The position numbers and the translations under genes are program-made. Of a stretch of 51,809 nucleotides of DNA, positions 40,161 to 47,890 are shown piece by piece. Source of the DNA: a virus; IMG/VR virus record IMGVR_UViG_3300044445_000085, positions 1-51,809 of that record. One strand, written 5' to 3'. A model generated the notes under the pieces. It had not been told where the DNA came from. It did not search any database and worked only from the letters and a program-made list of their open reading frames with translations. Positions within the stretch are counted from its first letter, which is position 1, and every line of letters begins with the position of its first letter.

Positions 40161-40438
40161 GGGGACTCCTCCACAAGTCGCACCCGCACCCGGACGACCG
40201 TCGCCTCGGGCCATGGTGCTCCCACGAACCTACCCGGACCGGGCCGCCCGGTGTGCAGGTGACCCGCCACGATGCCGATCGTCTCCCGCGCCTCGGCGGG
40301 CTCCCGGCCGAGCAGCTCGGCCAGGTCCCGCAGGGCGACGCGGCGGGCGATCTCCACGCCGACGTGCTCGAGCTGCCGGCGGCCCCACTCGTCGGCGGAC
40401 ACGTAGACGGAGACGACGGCCTCGGGCTGGTCGGTCAT
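40157..40438 (-). CDS. Hypothetical protein
   Basis: The ATG overlaps the large terminase stop (ATGA). The product is 93 aa. The 3' third has more A/T-ending codons and contains a degenerate early-motif-like sequence (40248-40270). Confidence 0.45.
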   Translation of the reverse strand: MTDQPEAVVSVYVSADEWGRRQLEHVGVEIARRVALRDLAELLGREPAEARETIGIVAGHLHTGRPGPGRFVGAPWPEATVVRVRVRLVEESP

Positions 40439-42000
40439 CGCCCGCGGCCTGGCCGTCCCAGGCCGCCGAGGCGGGCCGTCGTCGGCCGCCGGATGCCGGT
40501 CGAGGTGGCCACGGTGGCCGGGCCCTTGTCGTTGCCGAGGAAGTGCCGCACGCCGTACACCAGGGCGTCCATGCGGTTCGGGGACCAGGTGCTCACGGCC
40601 TCGTAGGTGGTCTGCTCCTCCTCGAGCTCGGCCAGGCCGTCCACGTGCCACACGCCGGTCGTCGGGCGCCCGTCGGAGGGGTAGAGGGCGGCGACGGGCT
40701 GGGCGCGGTCGATCTTCGTGCCCTTCGCGGTCATCGGCAGCAGCGCCGGCAACGGCTCCGACGCCGGGATCTCGCCCTGCCGCTGCAGCTCGGCCCAGGT
40801 CTGCCGGATGCCGAGGGCGACGTTGTCGCCGCCGTACAGCGACTCGTAGCCGATGGTGCCGACGCCGTGCCGGTGCGCGGTGCGGCAGATCGTCGCGTAC
40901 CGGTGCTCGGGGGTGCCTTGGGTGGAGTCGTCGCCGAGCACGACGATCGGGCCGACGTCGTCGAGCACGGCCGCCTGGGCGCGGAGCCGTTCGGCCTCGA
41001 CCTCGGCGGCGGTCTCCGGCGCCGGCCGGTCAGCCGCCGGCGTGCGGGTCCCGGGTCGAGCGCGGCCCACGGTGACGATGCCGGTGGCGTCGCCCTCGCT
41101 CGAGCCGGACGGGTCGACCACGGTGATCTTCTCGACGAACTCCGGCAGCGGCCCGACCCACCGGGCACGGGCCAGGCCGGCGATGGTCCACAGGGCGCCC
41201 TCGACCTCGTCGAGCATGATGCCTCCCAGCTCCTGCTGCCCCAGCGCTCCGGAGCCGTACCGCCGCTCGAGGCGGGCCAGCTGGATCGGGGACAGGTTGT
41301 CGCGGTTCTCGTAGGTGGAGCCGTGGGTGACCCGGATGCCCTCGGCGGGGTCCTTCGCGCGGTCGAGCAGCTCACGGACGTGCCGCACCCGGCGGGGGGT
41401 GGTGGTGATGATCCCGAACGGGTCCTCGGCCTCGCGGAGGCAGAAGTCCAGCTGCTCGAGGGTGGCCGTCGGCTTGGACTTCTTCGAGTTCCGGCCCCAG
41501 GCGGCGAACTCCTCGCACCAGTAGCCGTCGAAGGCGAACCCGCGGAGCCGGTCGGGGTCGTTGCTCGAGAACGCCCGGAAGATCGTGCCGTTGACCAGGG
41601 TCAGGGTGGTGTCGCCGGAGGACTCGACGTAGGCCCGCCGGCCACCGCGGCCGCGCCGGATCATCTCCGGGGGGATGACGGCCAGCAGCCCCGAGGTGGG
41701 GTGCTCGAAGCAGATCTCGCGGACGTCGCGGTCGCCCTCGTGCACGACGGCGATGTGGAGGGGCCGGGCCTCGCCGCGGCGGCGGACCTCCTCGGCGGCG
41801 GTGCGGGTCTTGCCGAACCCGCGGCCGGCGAGCAGCAGCCACATGTAGGCCTCGGCCGGGTAGACCTGGGAGGGGCGGCGCTTGCTGGCCCAGTCGTACC
41901 GGCGGGCGTCCTGGTCGCGCTCGACCGCGGCGGTGAGCTGGATGATCGCCTCCTCCAGCTCCTCGTCGGTGAGGGTGTCGAGGGCCCGGTCGAGGTTCAC
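40435..42000 (-). CDS. Terminase large subunit
   Basis: It has a Walker A (LLLAGRGFGKTRTAAEE), a Walker B-like segment (FDGYWCEEFAAW) and nuclease-domain patterns (ITVVDPSGS..GDATGIV; RMDALVYGV). I chose the GTG at 42000 (GTGA overlap); GTG at 42009 is an alternative start. Confidence 0.9.
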   Translation of the reverse strand: MNLDRALDTLTDEELEEAIIQLTAAVERDQDARRYDWASKRRPSQVYPAEAYMWLLLAGRGFGKTRTAAEEVRRRGEARPLHIAVVHEGDRDVREICFEHPTSGLLAVIPPEMIRRGRGGRRAYVESSGDTTLTLVNGTIFRAFSSNDPDRLRGFAFDGYWCEEFAAWGRNSKKSKPTATLEQLDFCLREAEDPFGIITTTPRRVRHVRELLDRAKDPAEGIRVTHGSTYENRDNLSPIQLARLERRYGSGALGQQELGGIMLDEVEGALWTIAGLARARWVGPLPEFVEKITVVDPSGSSEGDATGIVTVGRARPGTRTPAADRPAPETAAEVEAERLRAQAAVLDDVGPIVVLGDDSTQGTPEHRYATICRTAHRHGVGTIGYESLYGGDNVALGIRQTWAELQRQGEIPASEPLPALLPMTAKGTKIDRAQPVAALYPSDGRPTTGVWHVDGLAELEEEQTTYEAVSTWSPNRMDALVYGVRHFLGNDKGPATVATSTGIRRPTTARLGGLGRPGRGR

Positions 42001-42185
42001 CCGCTCCACGCTTCCACGACCAGGAGGACCAGGCCGAGGGCGACCAGCCACGGGCCGACGATCATGCCGAGGACGTCGGTCCACGTCATGCGGTCCTCGC
42101 CGTGGCGGATCAGCGCCCACCAGTGGGGGGCGACGACGGCGAGCACGCCGAGGCCGAGGCCGATGAGGACGGCGGAGGTGCTCAC
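41997..42185 (-). CDS. Small membrane protein (2 TM)
   Basis: The GTG start overlaps the upstream stop (GTGA). The 62-aa product reads VSTSAVLIGLGLGVLAVVAPHWW...MIVGPWLVALGLVLLVV. Confidence 0.5.
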   Translation of the reverse strand: MSTSAVLIGLGLGVLAVVAPHWWALIRHGEDRMTWTDVLGMIVGPWLVALGLVLLVVEAWSG

Positions 42186-42415
42186 CGGGTGCTCACCGTG
42201 CGGCCGTCCTTGAGCTGGCAGTGGCGGCCGGCGTCGGTGGTGGTGCCGGCCAGCACGGTGCACGCGGCCTCGGCGTTGCGGTCGCGGACCCACAGCACGC
42301 CGAGGCCGACGACCAGGGCGACGGACAGCACGCCGACCAGGAACCACACCAGGGCCTCCCCGGCGCCCTGCTGCTCGAGGCCGGCGAACGGGTCGGCGGG
42401 GTCGACCTCGGTCAC
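42182..42415 (-). CDS. Small membrane protein (1 TM)
   Basis: The GTG start overlaps the upstream stop (GTGA). The 77-aa product has the helix ALVWFLVGVLSVALVVGLGVLWV. Confidence 0.5.
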   Translation of the reverse strand: MTEVDPADPFAGLEQQGAGEALVWFLVGVLSVALVVGLGVLWVRDRNAEAACTVLAGTTTDAGRHCQLKDGRTVSTR

Positions 42416-42963
42416 GTCCCGGGGTCCTTCGGCTTGGCCAGGACCCACCCGCGGTCGAGCAGCTCGCCGAACAGGGCGGCGAGGGTGGCGTCCACGCCGG
42501 CGGTGTAGGCGTTCGGGTGCGCCAAGGGTGGGCGGTTGAGCAGCGCGCGGGCGCGGACGATCTCGGGGAAGCCCTCGACGTCGGGCAGCGGGACGGGCGC
42601 GGCCGGGCGGGTGGGCCGCGGGGGGTCTGCCGGATTCGGCCCCGGGATGCCGGTGAGGGTTGCAGGATTCGTCACCTCGGATGAGGGGCCGACCTGCCGC
42701 CACGGGCCCCAGCCGTAGCGCACGCCGCCGCGGGGGTGGGGCACCTCAGAGGACCAGGCCCGGCACTGGCCGCCGCACCCGCCGGCGTCGGTGGGCACGG
42801 TGCACTGGTCGAGGGTGTAGTGCTCGAGGTCGGGGCCCCAGGCGACGCACCGGAGGGAGTCGTGGGGGCAGCGGGTGTGGGGGCAGTCGCCGAGGACGGG
42901 GGCGGGGCGCTGGCCGGGGAACCAGGTGACGTCGCCGGGGTGGTCGAGGTGCGGTTCAGCCAT
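42412..42963 (-). CDS. Hypothetical Cys-rich protein
   Basis: The start is ATG at 42961-42963, with an 8-nt overlap on the upstream gene. The 183-aa product has CPHTRCPHDSLRC...CTVPTDAGGCGGQC. Confidence 0.5.
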   Translation of the reverse strand: MAEPHLDHPGDVTWFPGQRPAPVLGDCPHTRCPHDSLRCVAWGPDLEHYTLDQCTVPTDAGGCGGQCRAWSSEVPHPRGGVRYGWGPWRQVGPSSEVTNPATLTGIPGPNPADPPRPTRPAAPVPLPDVEGFPEIVRARALLNRPPLAHPNAYTAGVDATLAALFGELLDRGWVLAKPKDPGT

Positions 42964-43315
42964 GGATGGTGTGCTCCTCGCGGGGGTACTGGGCGCGCCG
43001 GATGAACCGGCGCAGGATGCGGGCGGCCTTCCGGTCGGCGCGCTCGCGGGAGCCCCAGGAGGTCCAGCCCCAGCCGTCCTGGCCTTCCTCGCGTTCGATC
43101 GGGCGGACGCCGTCCATGGTGGGCTGCTCGGTGTAGCGGATGACGATGCGCCAGGACCGGGGGCCGACCTGGTCGACGACGGCGACCGGTTCGCCACCCG
43201 CCGCCCACGGCGAGGGCTCGCCGAGCGGGGTGGTCAACTGCTCGATCATGTGGGCCACGAACGGGTCGGGCTCGGTGATGCCAGCCCAGCCCAGCAGTCC
43301 GCGGCCCTCAGCCAC
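42956..43315 (-). CDS. Hypothetical protein
   Basis: The start is GTG and the product is 119 aa. An internal ATG at 43249 is an alternative start. Confidence 0.45.
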   Translation of the reverse strand: MAEGRGLLGWAGITEPDPFVAHMIEQLTTPLGEPSPWAAGGEPVAVVDQVGPRSWRIVIRYTEQPTMDGVRPIEREEGQDGWGWTSWGSRERADRKAARILRRFIRRAQYPREEHTIHG

Positions 43316-43598
43316 GGCGGAGCCGGACCAGGGCGAGGGTGCCGGACCGGAGCCGGCGGGCGAGCAGCACGCCGCGGGAGGGCGGCACCTCGGGCGGAGG
43401 GATGGCCTCCCACCGCGCGGTCAGCACGAGGCCACCGAGGCGGTCCTCGACGGCGACCGCGGCGTAGACGGGCACGCCGAGGCGGAAGAGCTCGGCGGTG
43501 GCGCCGGTCAGGTCGGCCAAGTCGCCGACCTTGAGGGGGGCCTGGGTGGTGTGGGCGACGGCGCCCTGGACGGGGGGGAACGTGCGGGATCGGGTCAT
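43308..43598 (-). CDS. Hypothetical protein
   Basis: The ATG follows GGAGGACTGACCC. The product is 96 aa. Confidence 0.5.
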   Translation of the reverse strand: MTRSRTFPPVQGAVAHTTQAPLKVGDLADLTGATAELFRLGVPVYAAVAVEDRLGGLVLTARWEAIPPPEVPPSRGVLLARRLRSGTLALVRLRRG

Positions 43599-43601
43599 GG
43601 G

Positions 43602-44135
43602 TCAGTCCTCCGAGGTGGTGGTGACGCGGGCGAGCCGGACGACGGCCCGGTCGGGGTCGGTTTCGAGGCCGTAGACGGCGTGGGGGACGCCGTCGAGCAG
43701 GACGCGCTGGCCGGGCATCGGGATGGAGTCGGGGACGGCGAGCCAGGCGCGGGGCAGCTCGACCGCCGTCCGATCGGGGTTGACCGGTGTGGAGATCTCC
43801 TCAACGATCTGGGCGGCCAAAGTGGCGGCCACCTCAGGAATCGCGGTGTACGACAGGTTGATCCGGTCCTCATGCTCAAGCAGGTCGGCGAGCCTCGCGA
43901 TCAGGTAGCGCGACGGGGGGCCGCCGACGGGCGGGTGGTGGCGCATGGCCGCGGCTCGGGCGTTGCGCCGGCGGGTGTGGCCCTGGCCCTGGCCGACGAT
44001 CTCCCCGTTCGCGGCATGGACGTGCCACCGCCAGTTCAGCAGCCGCCCGGGCGGGGCGGCCTGCCACACGGTGACGGTGTCGCCGTGCGCCGTCGTCCAC
44101 GTCTGCTCGCCGGTCTGGGGGTTCGTCTCGATCAT
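43602..44135 (-). CDS. Hypothetical protein (YegP/DUF1508-like N-terminal segment)
   Basis: The ATG follows GTGGAGGAGACCAGC. In the 177-aa product, WRWHVHAANGEIVGQGQGH resembles the DUF1508 repeat. Confidence 0.45.
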   Translation of the reverse strand: MIETNPQTGEQTWTTAHGDTVTVWQAAPPGRLLNWRWHVHAANGEIVGQGQGHTRRRNARAAAMRHHPPVGGPPSRYLIARLADLLEHEDRINLSYTAIPEVAATLAAQIVEEISTPVNPDRTAVELPRAWLAVPDSIPMPGQRVLLDGVPHAVYGLETDPDRAVVRLARVTTTSED

Positions 44136-44155
44136 GCTGGTCTCCTCCACGTGGG

Positions 44156-44686
44156 TCAGCTTCCCGTGCCGGGGGCCGCGCCGTCGACCGGATCCGCCGG
44201 CCCGTCCTTCCGGAGCCGGCGGCTCGCCTCCTGCACCAGCTGCTCGAGCTGTGCCCGCTTCTCCTCCGGGGTCATGCCGGTGACGTCGACCTCGACCGGG
44301 CCGCCGTCGGGGCCGGAGACGGTGACGGCCTGGGCCGCGTCGAGGCCCAGCAGCCGGGCGCGGCGCTCGGCGACGCGGAGGGCCCGGTCGATCGCGCCGA
44401 GCTGCCCGCGGGCCACCGACGGCCAGAGGGCGCGGAGCATGAGGTCGAGGCGGGCGGTCTCGAGTTCGATCAGCTCCCGCACGGGCTCGCGCACGGCGTT
44501 GCGCAGCTCGGTCTCGACGGCCCGGTAGGCGGCGCCCTTGCTGCCGTAGCCGACGGCCTGGGCGATCTCCTCGAACGTGGCGCCGGCCTTCCGCAGCTCG
44601 ACGGCCTGCCGGCGCTTCTCGGCCGCGGCCACGGTCTTGCGGCCGGTGGGGTTGTTGCTCGGCCGGGGCGTGCTGGGCTCGGTCAT
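44156..44686 (-). CDS. Terminase small subunit candidate (HTH DNA-binding)
   Basis: The 176-aa product has an N-terminal HTH (RKAGATFEEIAQAVGYGSKGAAYRAV). This is followed by ETARLDLMLRALWPSVARGQLGAIDRALRVAERRARLLGLDA, a pattern I associate with actinophage small terminase proteins. Confidence 0.6.
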   Translation of the reverse strand: MTEPSTPRPSNNPTGRKTVAAAEKRRQAVELRKAGATFEEIAQAVGYGSKGAAYRAVETELRNAVREPVRELIELETARLDLMLRALWPSVARGQLGAIDRALRVAERRARLLGLDAAQAVTVSGPDGGPVEVDVTGMTPEEKRAQLEQLVQEASRRLRKDGPADPVDGAAPGTGS

Positions 44687-44847
44687 CGTCCGGCCGCCCG
44701 GCACCGGGCGCACTTGCCCGCGTGCGGCCACGACTCGTCGCGGGGCACGGTGGCCACGAACTCGACGCACCGGGGGTCGTGCACGAAGTGCCCGGACCGG
44801 CGCTTCCGCTTCCGGGCCACCTGCCGCGGGTGACGGCCGGCGATCAC
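44683..44847 (-). CDS. Small Cys/His protein (54 aa), below the ORF-track cutoff
   Basis: The GTG start overlaps the upstream stop (GTGA), and its TGA overlaps the small terminase ATG (ATGA). It reads VIAGRHPRQVARKRKRRSGHFVHDPRCVEFVATVPRDESWPHAGKCARCRAAGR with G/C third positions. Confidence 0.55.
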   Translation of the reverse strand: MIAGRHPRQVARKRKRRSGHFVHDPRCVEFVATVPRDESWPHAGKCARCRAAGR

Positions 44848-45080
44848 CGGAGGCTCCCGGCGAGGGAGTCGCTCACGGCCTTCTTCGCCGCCTCGAGCCG
44901 CTCGACCGCCTTCCGTCGCCGGTTGTCGGCCCGGTGGAAGTCGACGTGCGCGGCCTTGTGCTCGGCCTCGGCCTCGACCAGCTCGAGGACGGCGGTGACG
45001 CGGTGGTCGGCGGGGTCGGGGTTCGTGTCGGGGGTTGCCTGCTCAGGGGTGTCGGGGCTTCCGGTGCTTCCGGTGTTCAT
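44844..45080 (-). CDS. Hypothetical coiled-coil protein
   Basis: The ATG overlaps the upstream stop (ATGA). The 78-aa product has ...VLELVEAEAEHKAAHVDFHRADNRRRKAVERLEAAKKAV.... Confidence 0.6.
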   Translation of the reverse strand: MNTGSTGSPDTPEQATPDTNPDPADHRVTAVLELVEAEAEHKAAHVDFHRADNRRRKAVERLEAAKKAVSDSLAGSLR

Positions 45081-45251
45081 GGGGTGGCCTTCCGGGGGTG
45101 GTGGGTGGTGGGGTTCGGGAAGGCTTCCGTGGCCTTCCGACGTGCGTGTTTGTGGCCGGTGGCGTGTTGGCCGGGGGGCTTCCGGTGCTTGCCGCGTTGG
45201 CGGGGTGGGTCCTTCCGGGGTTGCGTGGTTCCTTCCGGGGTGGGCTTCCGG
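45058..45251. repeat. Dense cluster of nine CTTCCG(G) heptamers (CCGGAAG on the coding strand)
   Basis: Copies start at 45058, 45067, 45089, 45124, 45134, 45179, 45212, 45232 and 45245, with a degenerate CTTGCCG at 45188. All are in the same orientation and irregularly spaced. The cluster spans the junction of two small ORFs about 400 bp upstream of the small terminase candidate. Confidence 0.85.
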
Positions 45252-45349
45252 GTGGGGAGGAGGGCGGGGAGGGTCCACCCGAGGATGCCCAGGTAGACGG
45301 CGGCCACCGGGGTGAGCAGGAGGGCGCCGGCTACCTGGGCGGTGGTCAC
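45077..45349 (-). CDS. Small membrane protein with basic Pro/Lys/Arg-rich tail
   Basis: The GTG start overlaps the upstream stop (GTGA). The 90-aa product has an N-terminal TM (AGALLLTPVAAVYLGILGWTLPALL). The tail is encoded by the CCGGAAG-rich DNA and has weaker codon bias. Confidence 0.5.
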   Translation of the reverse strand: MTTAQVAGALLLTPVAAVYLGILGWTLPALLPTRKPTPEGTTQPRKDPPRQRGKHRKPPGQHATGHKHARRKATEAFPNPTTHHPRKATP

Positions 45350-45843
45350 AGCTTCTCGGCCAGCACCAGGAGGACGGCGACGGGCTGGCCGCCGCGGAGC
45401 AGTGGGCGGACGGCCCGGATGCCGCGGTCGGCGGTGTACTCGCCGTAGGCGTCGACCCACACCGGGGTGTCTCGGTTCATGGTGAAGGTGCCGCCCTTGT
45501 AGCCCTGGAACTCGTCGCCGTCGGCGCCGTGCAGGAGGGCGAGCAGCTCGTTGACGGTGTGCCGGATGCCCTCGGCGGGCTCGAGGGCGAGGTCGGCGTA
45601 GTTGCCGCGCCAGGAGTCGATCGCGTGCGGGGCGTGGCCGTCGAGGCCGCAGCCGCGGAACTCCACCGGGAGGTCGAGCGACCCGGGGGCCTGCTCGAGG
45701 TGGTCGGCGAGCTGGCCGAGGGTCATGGTCAGCCCGGAAGCCTCGGCGAGGTGCATGCGGTCGGCATGGGCGCGGAGGGCGGCCAACCACGGGGGGTCGA
45801 CGTAGCCGCCGATGTCGCGGCCGAGGGTGTCGCGGCCGGTCAC
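45346..45843 (-). CDS. Hypothetical protein
   Basis: The GTG start overlaps the upstream stop (GTGA). The product is 165 aa. Confidence 0.55.
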   Translation of the reverse strand: MTGRDTLGRDIGGYVDPPWLAALRAHADRMHLAEASGLTMTLGQLADHLEQAPGSLDLPVEFRGCGLDGHAPHAIDSWRGNYADLALEPAEGIRHTVNELLALLHGADGDEFQGYKGGTFTMNRDTPVWVDAYGEYTADRGIRAVRPLLRGGQPVAVLLVLAEKL

Positions 45844-46283
45844 CGGGAGGCCTCGACGTCGGCGAGGAGGTCGAGGATCAGGCCGTTGAGGTAGTCGATG
45901 TGGGCGGCCTGGTCGTCGGTGGCGATCGCGAACTCCCGGCAGTAGGTGCGGAGCTGCTCGGTGAGCGCGGGGGGTGGTCCGTCGGTGGGTCGGGCGGTCG
46001 TCCGGTCGACGGTGGACAGGCGGCCGACCGGAGTGCCGGCGGGGTGTTCGGGGCTCGTCGCCCAGAGGTGCGCGCCTGCCTGGACGGGCTCGTAGGCCTC
46101 GATCGCGTCGATGATGAGCTGCCCAGCGCCGTTGGCCACCTCGGCGGCGGTGGCGAGCTCGTAGCCGCGGGCGGTGACGTCCACGGAGATCCGGGCGTGG
46201 TGCTCGACCAGCTCGGCGTTGGTGCGCTCGCCGTAGGGGTCGTCGCCGTCGGCGCGGTCGGTGGTGGGGGTGGTGTCGGTCAT
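45840..46283 (-). CDS. Hypothetical protein
   Basis: The ATG overlaps the methyltransferase stop (ATGA). The product is 147 aa. Confidence 0.55.
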   Translation of the reverse strand: MTDTTPTTDRADGDDPYGERTNAELVEHHARISVDVTARGYELATAAEVANGAGQLIIDAIEAYEPVQAGAHLWATSPEHPAGTPVGRLSTVDRTTARPTDGPPPALTEQLRTYCREFAIATDDQAAHIDYLNGLILDLLADVEASR

Positions 46284-47890
46284 CGGGTCAACTCCGGGGC
46301 GGGGATGCGGTTGGTCGTTCCGGCGGGCTGCCGGACGGGTGTGGTGCCGGTGTGCTGGGCGTACCGGCGGGCGACGGTGTCGCAGTAGGCGGGCTCGAGC
46401 TCGAGGCCGTAGACGATGCGGCCGGTGCGGTGGCCGGCGATGAACTCGGGGCCGGTGCCGGCGAACGGGACGCCGACGCCGCCGCCGTCGGGGCAGCTGG
46501 TGAGCAGGGCCCGCTCGACCATGGCGACGGGCTTGGGGGTGGCGTGGTCGTGGCGGTCGGCGCCGGCGACCAGGCCGTAGGCCCAGACGTCGCGCATGGC
46601 GTCGTGCACGTTGTCGAAGTAGGACCGCCCCTCGCGCAGGGCCGCGGCGAGCTCGCGGGGGCCGTTGCCGTCGCCGCCGTGCTCGGGGAACAGCTGGGCG
46701 AACAGCTCCTCGTAGTCGCGGGTGAAGGCCTTGCCGTCGGCGGCCTGGGTGAGGGCGTCGTAGTGGTTGGCGGAAATCGGCATGAACTGGGAGCGGGTGA
46801 ACCAGTGCCCGGCCATCTGGGTGCCGGTGATCGCGTTGACGTCGCGGTTGGACCAGCCGGCCCGGTTGCGCTCGGCCTCGAGGTGCGCGCGGAGCGGCTC
46901 GTAGCCCTCCCAGTAGTCGGCCTTGTTCTGGTTGCCGAGGAACTGCTGGCCGCGCATGAGGAACAGGCAGCGCTCGGAGCCGGTGGGGTACTGGTGACGG
47001 CCGGCGAGGCGCTGGCCCTGGGCCACGCCCTTGTCCCAGACGATCTCGTTGCGGAGCACCAGGCCGGGGTCGGAGCCGAGGCCGCCGACGTACCACCAGC
47101 GCCAGAGGTCGGGGGCGGTGCCCCAGACGTAGGCCGAGCCGTTGTCGGCCAGCGCGGGCAGCCAGGCCGACCACCAGGCGGTCTGGAAGGCGTCGAGCTT
47201 GGGGCCGTAGAGGTTGTCGTTGGCGATGCCGTCGGCTTCCTTGCCCATGCCGTAGGGGGGGTCGGAGTGCAGGAGGTGCACGGTCTCGCCGCCGAGGAGG
47301 TGGTCGACGTCGTCGCGGCGGGTGGAGTCGCCGCAGAGGAGGCGGTGGGGGCCGAGGAACCAGAGGTCCCCGGGCTGGGTGATGGTGGGGCCGGTGCCGA
47401 CGTCGGGGATCGCGTCGGCGTCGGTGAGGGCGACGGGGCCGGGGGCGTCGGGGGCGAGGAGGCGCTGCAGGTCTGCGACGTCGGAGGGGCCGTAGCCGGC
47501 GACGGCGTCGAGGCTGGGGAGCTGGCCGAGGACGTCGAGGAGGGCCTGGGAGTCGTAGCCGCCGACGTCGCTGGTGCGGTTGTCGTCGAGGAGGATCGCG
47601 CGGGCCTCGTCGTCGGTGAGGTCCCGGACGACAGTGTAGAGGTGCTCCCAGCGGGAGTTGGTGAGCCCGTCGGCGCGGTCCTCCTCAAGGAGGCGGAGCG
47701 CGGCGAGGCGGGTGTGGTTGCCGGCGATCAGGTACCCGGTGGAGGCCTGGACGATCACAGGCTTGAACTGGCCGTGGAGGCGGAGGGAGTCGGCGATCAG
47801 GCCGACGTCGCCGCGGCGCGGGTTCTCCGGGTGGGGCTTGAGGTCGACGGCGCGCTGGCGGGTAATGCTCAGGGGGCTGGTGTCAGGCAC
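46280..47890 (-). CDS. ParB-like nuclease domain / DNA methyltransferase fusion
   Basis: In the 536-aa product the N-terminus has LKPHPENPRRGD...LIAGNHTRLAA (ParB/Srx fold). The C-terminal part has LLHSDPPYG (motif IV) and GVPFAGTGPE (AdoMet motif), indicating an N6A/N4C-type enzyme. Confidence 0.85.
   Translation of the reverse strand: MPDTSPLSITRQRAVDLKPHPENPRRGDVGLIADSLRLHGQFKPVIVQASTGYLIAGNHTRLAALRLLEEDRADGLTNSRWEHLYTVVRDLTDDEARAILLDDNRTSDVGGYDSQALLDVLGQLPSLDAVAGYGPSDVADLQRLLAPDAPGPVALTDADAIPDVGTGPTITQPGDLWFLGPHRLLCGDSTRRDDVDHLLGGETVHLLHSDPPYGMGKEADGIANDNLYGPKLDAFQTAWWSAWLPALADNGSAYVWGTAPDLWRWWYVGGLGSDPGLVLRNEIVWDKGVAQGQRLAGRHQYPTGSERCLFLMRGQQFLGNQNKADYWEGYEPLRAHLEAERNRAGWSNRDVNAITGTQMAGHWFTRSQFMPISANHYDALTQAADGKAFTRDYEELFAQLFPEHGGDGNGPRELAAALREGRSYFDNVHDAMRDVWAYGLVAGADRHDHATPKPVAMVERALLTSCPDGGGVGVPFAGTGPEFIAGHRTGRIVYGLELEPAYCDTVARRYAQHTGTTPVRQPAGTTNRIPAPELTR

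Noticed and set aside
40248-40270. A fifth early-type promoter motif (minus strand GGTCACCTGCACACC...)
   Set aside because: It lacks the TAnnGT box. It also lies inside the open reading frame 40157..40438, which is coupled at both ends to its neighbours. I kept it only as a note, although the weak codon bias of that ORF's 3' third leaves some doubt.
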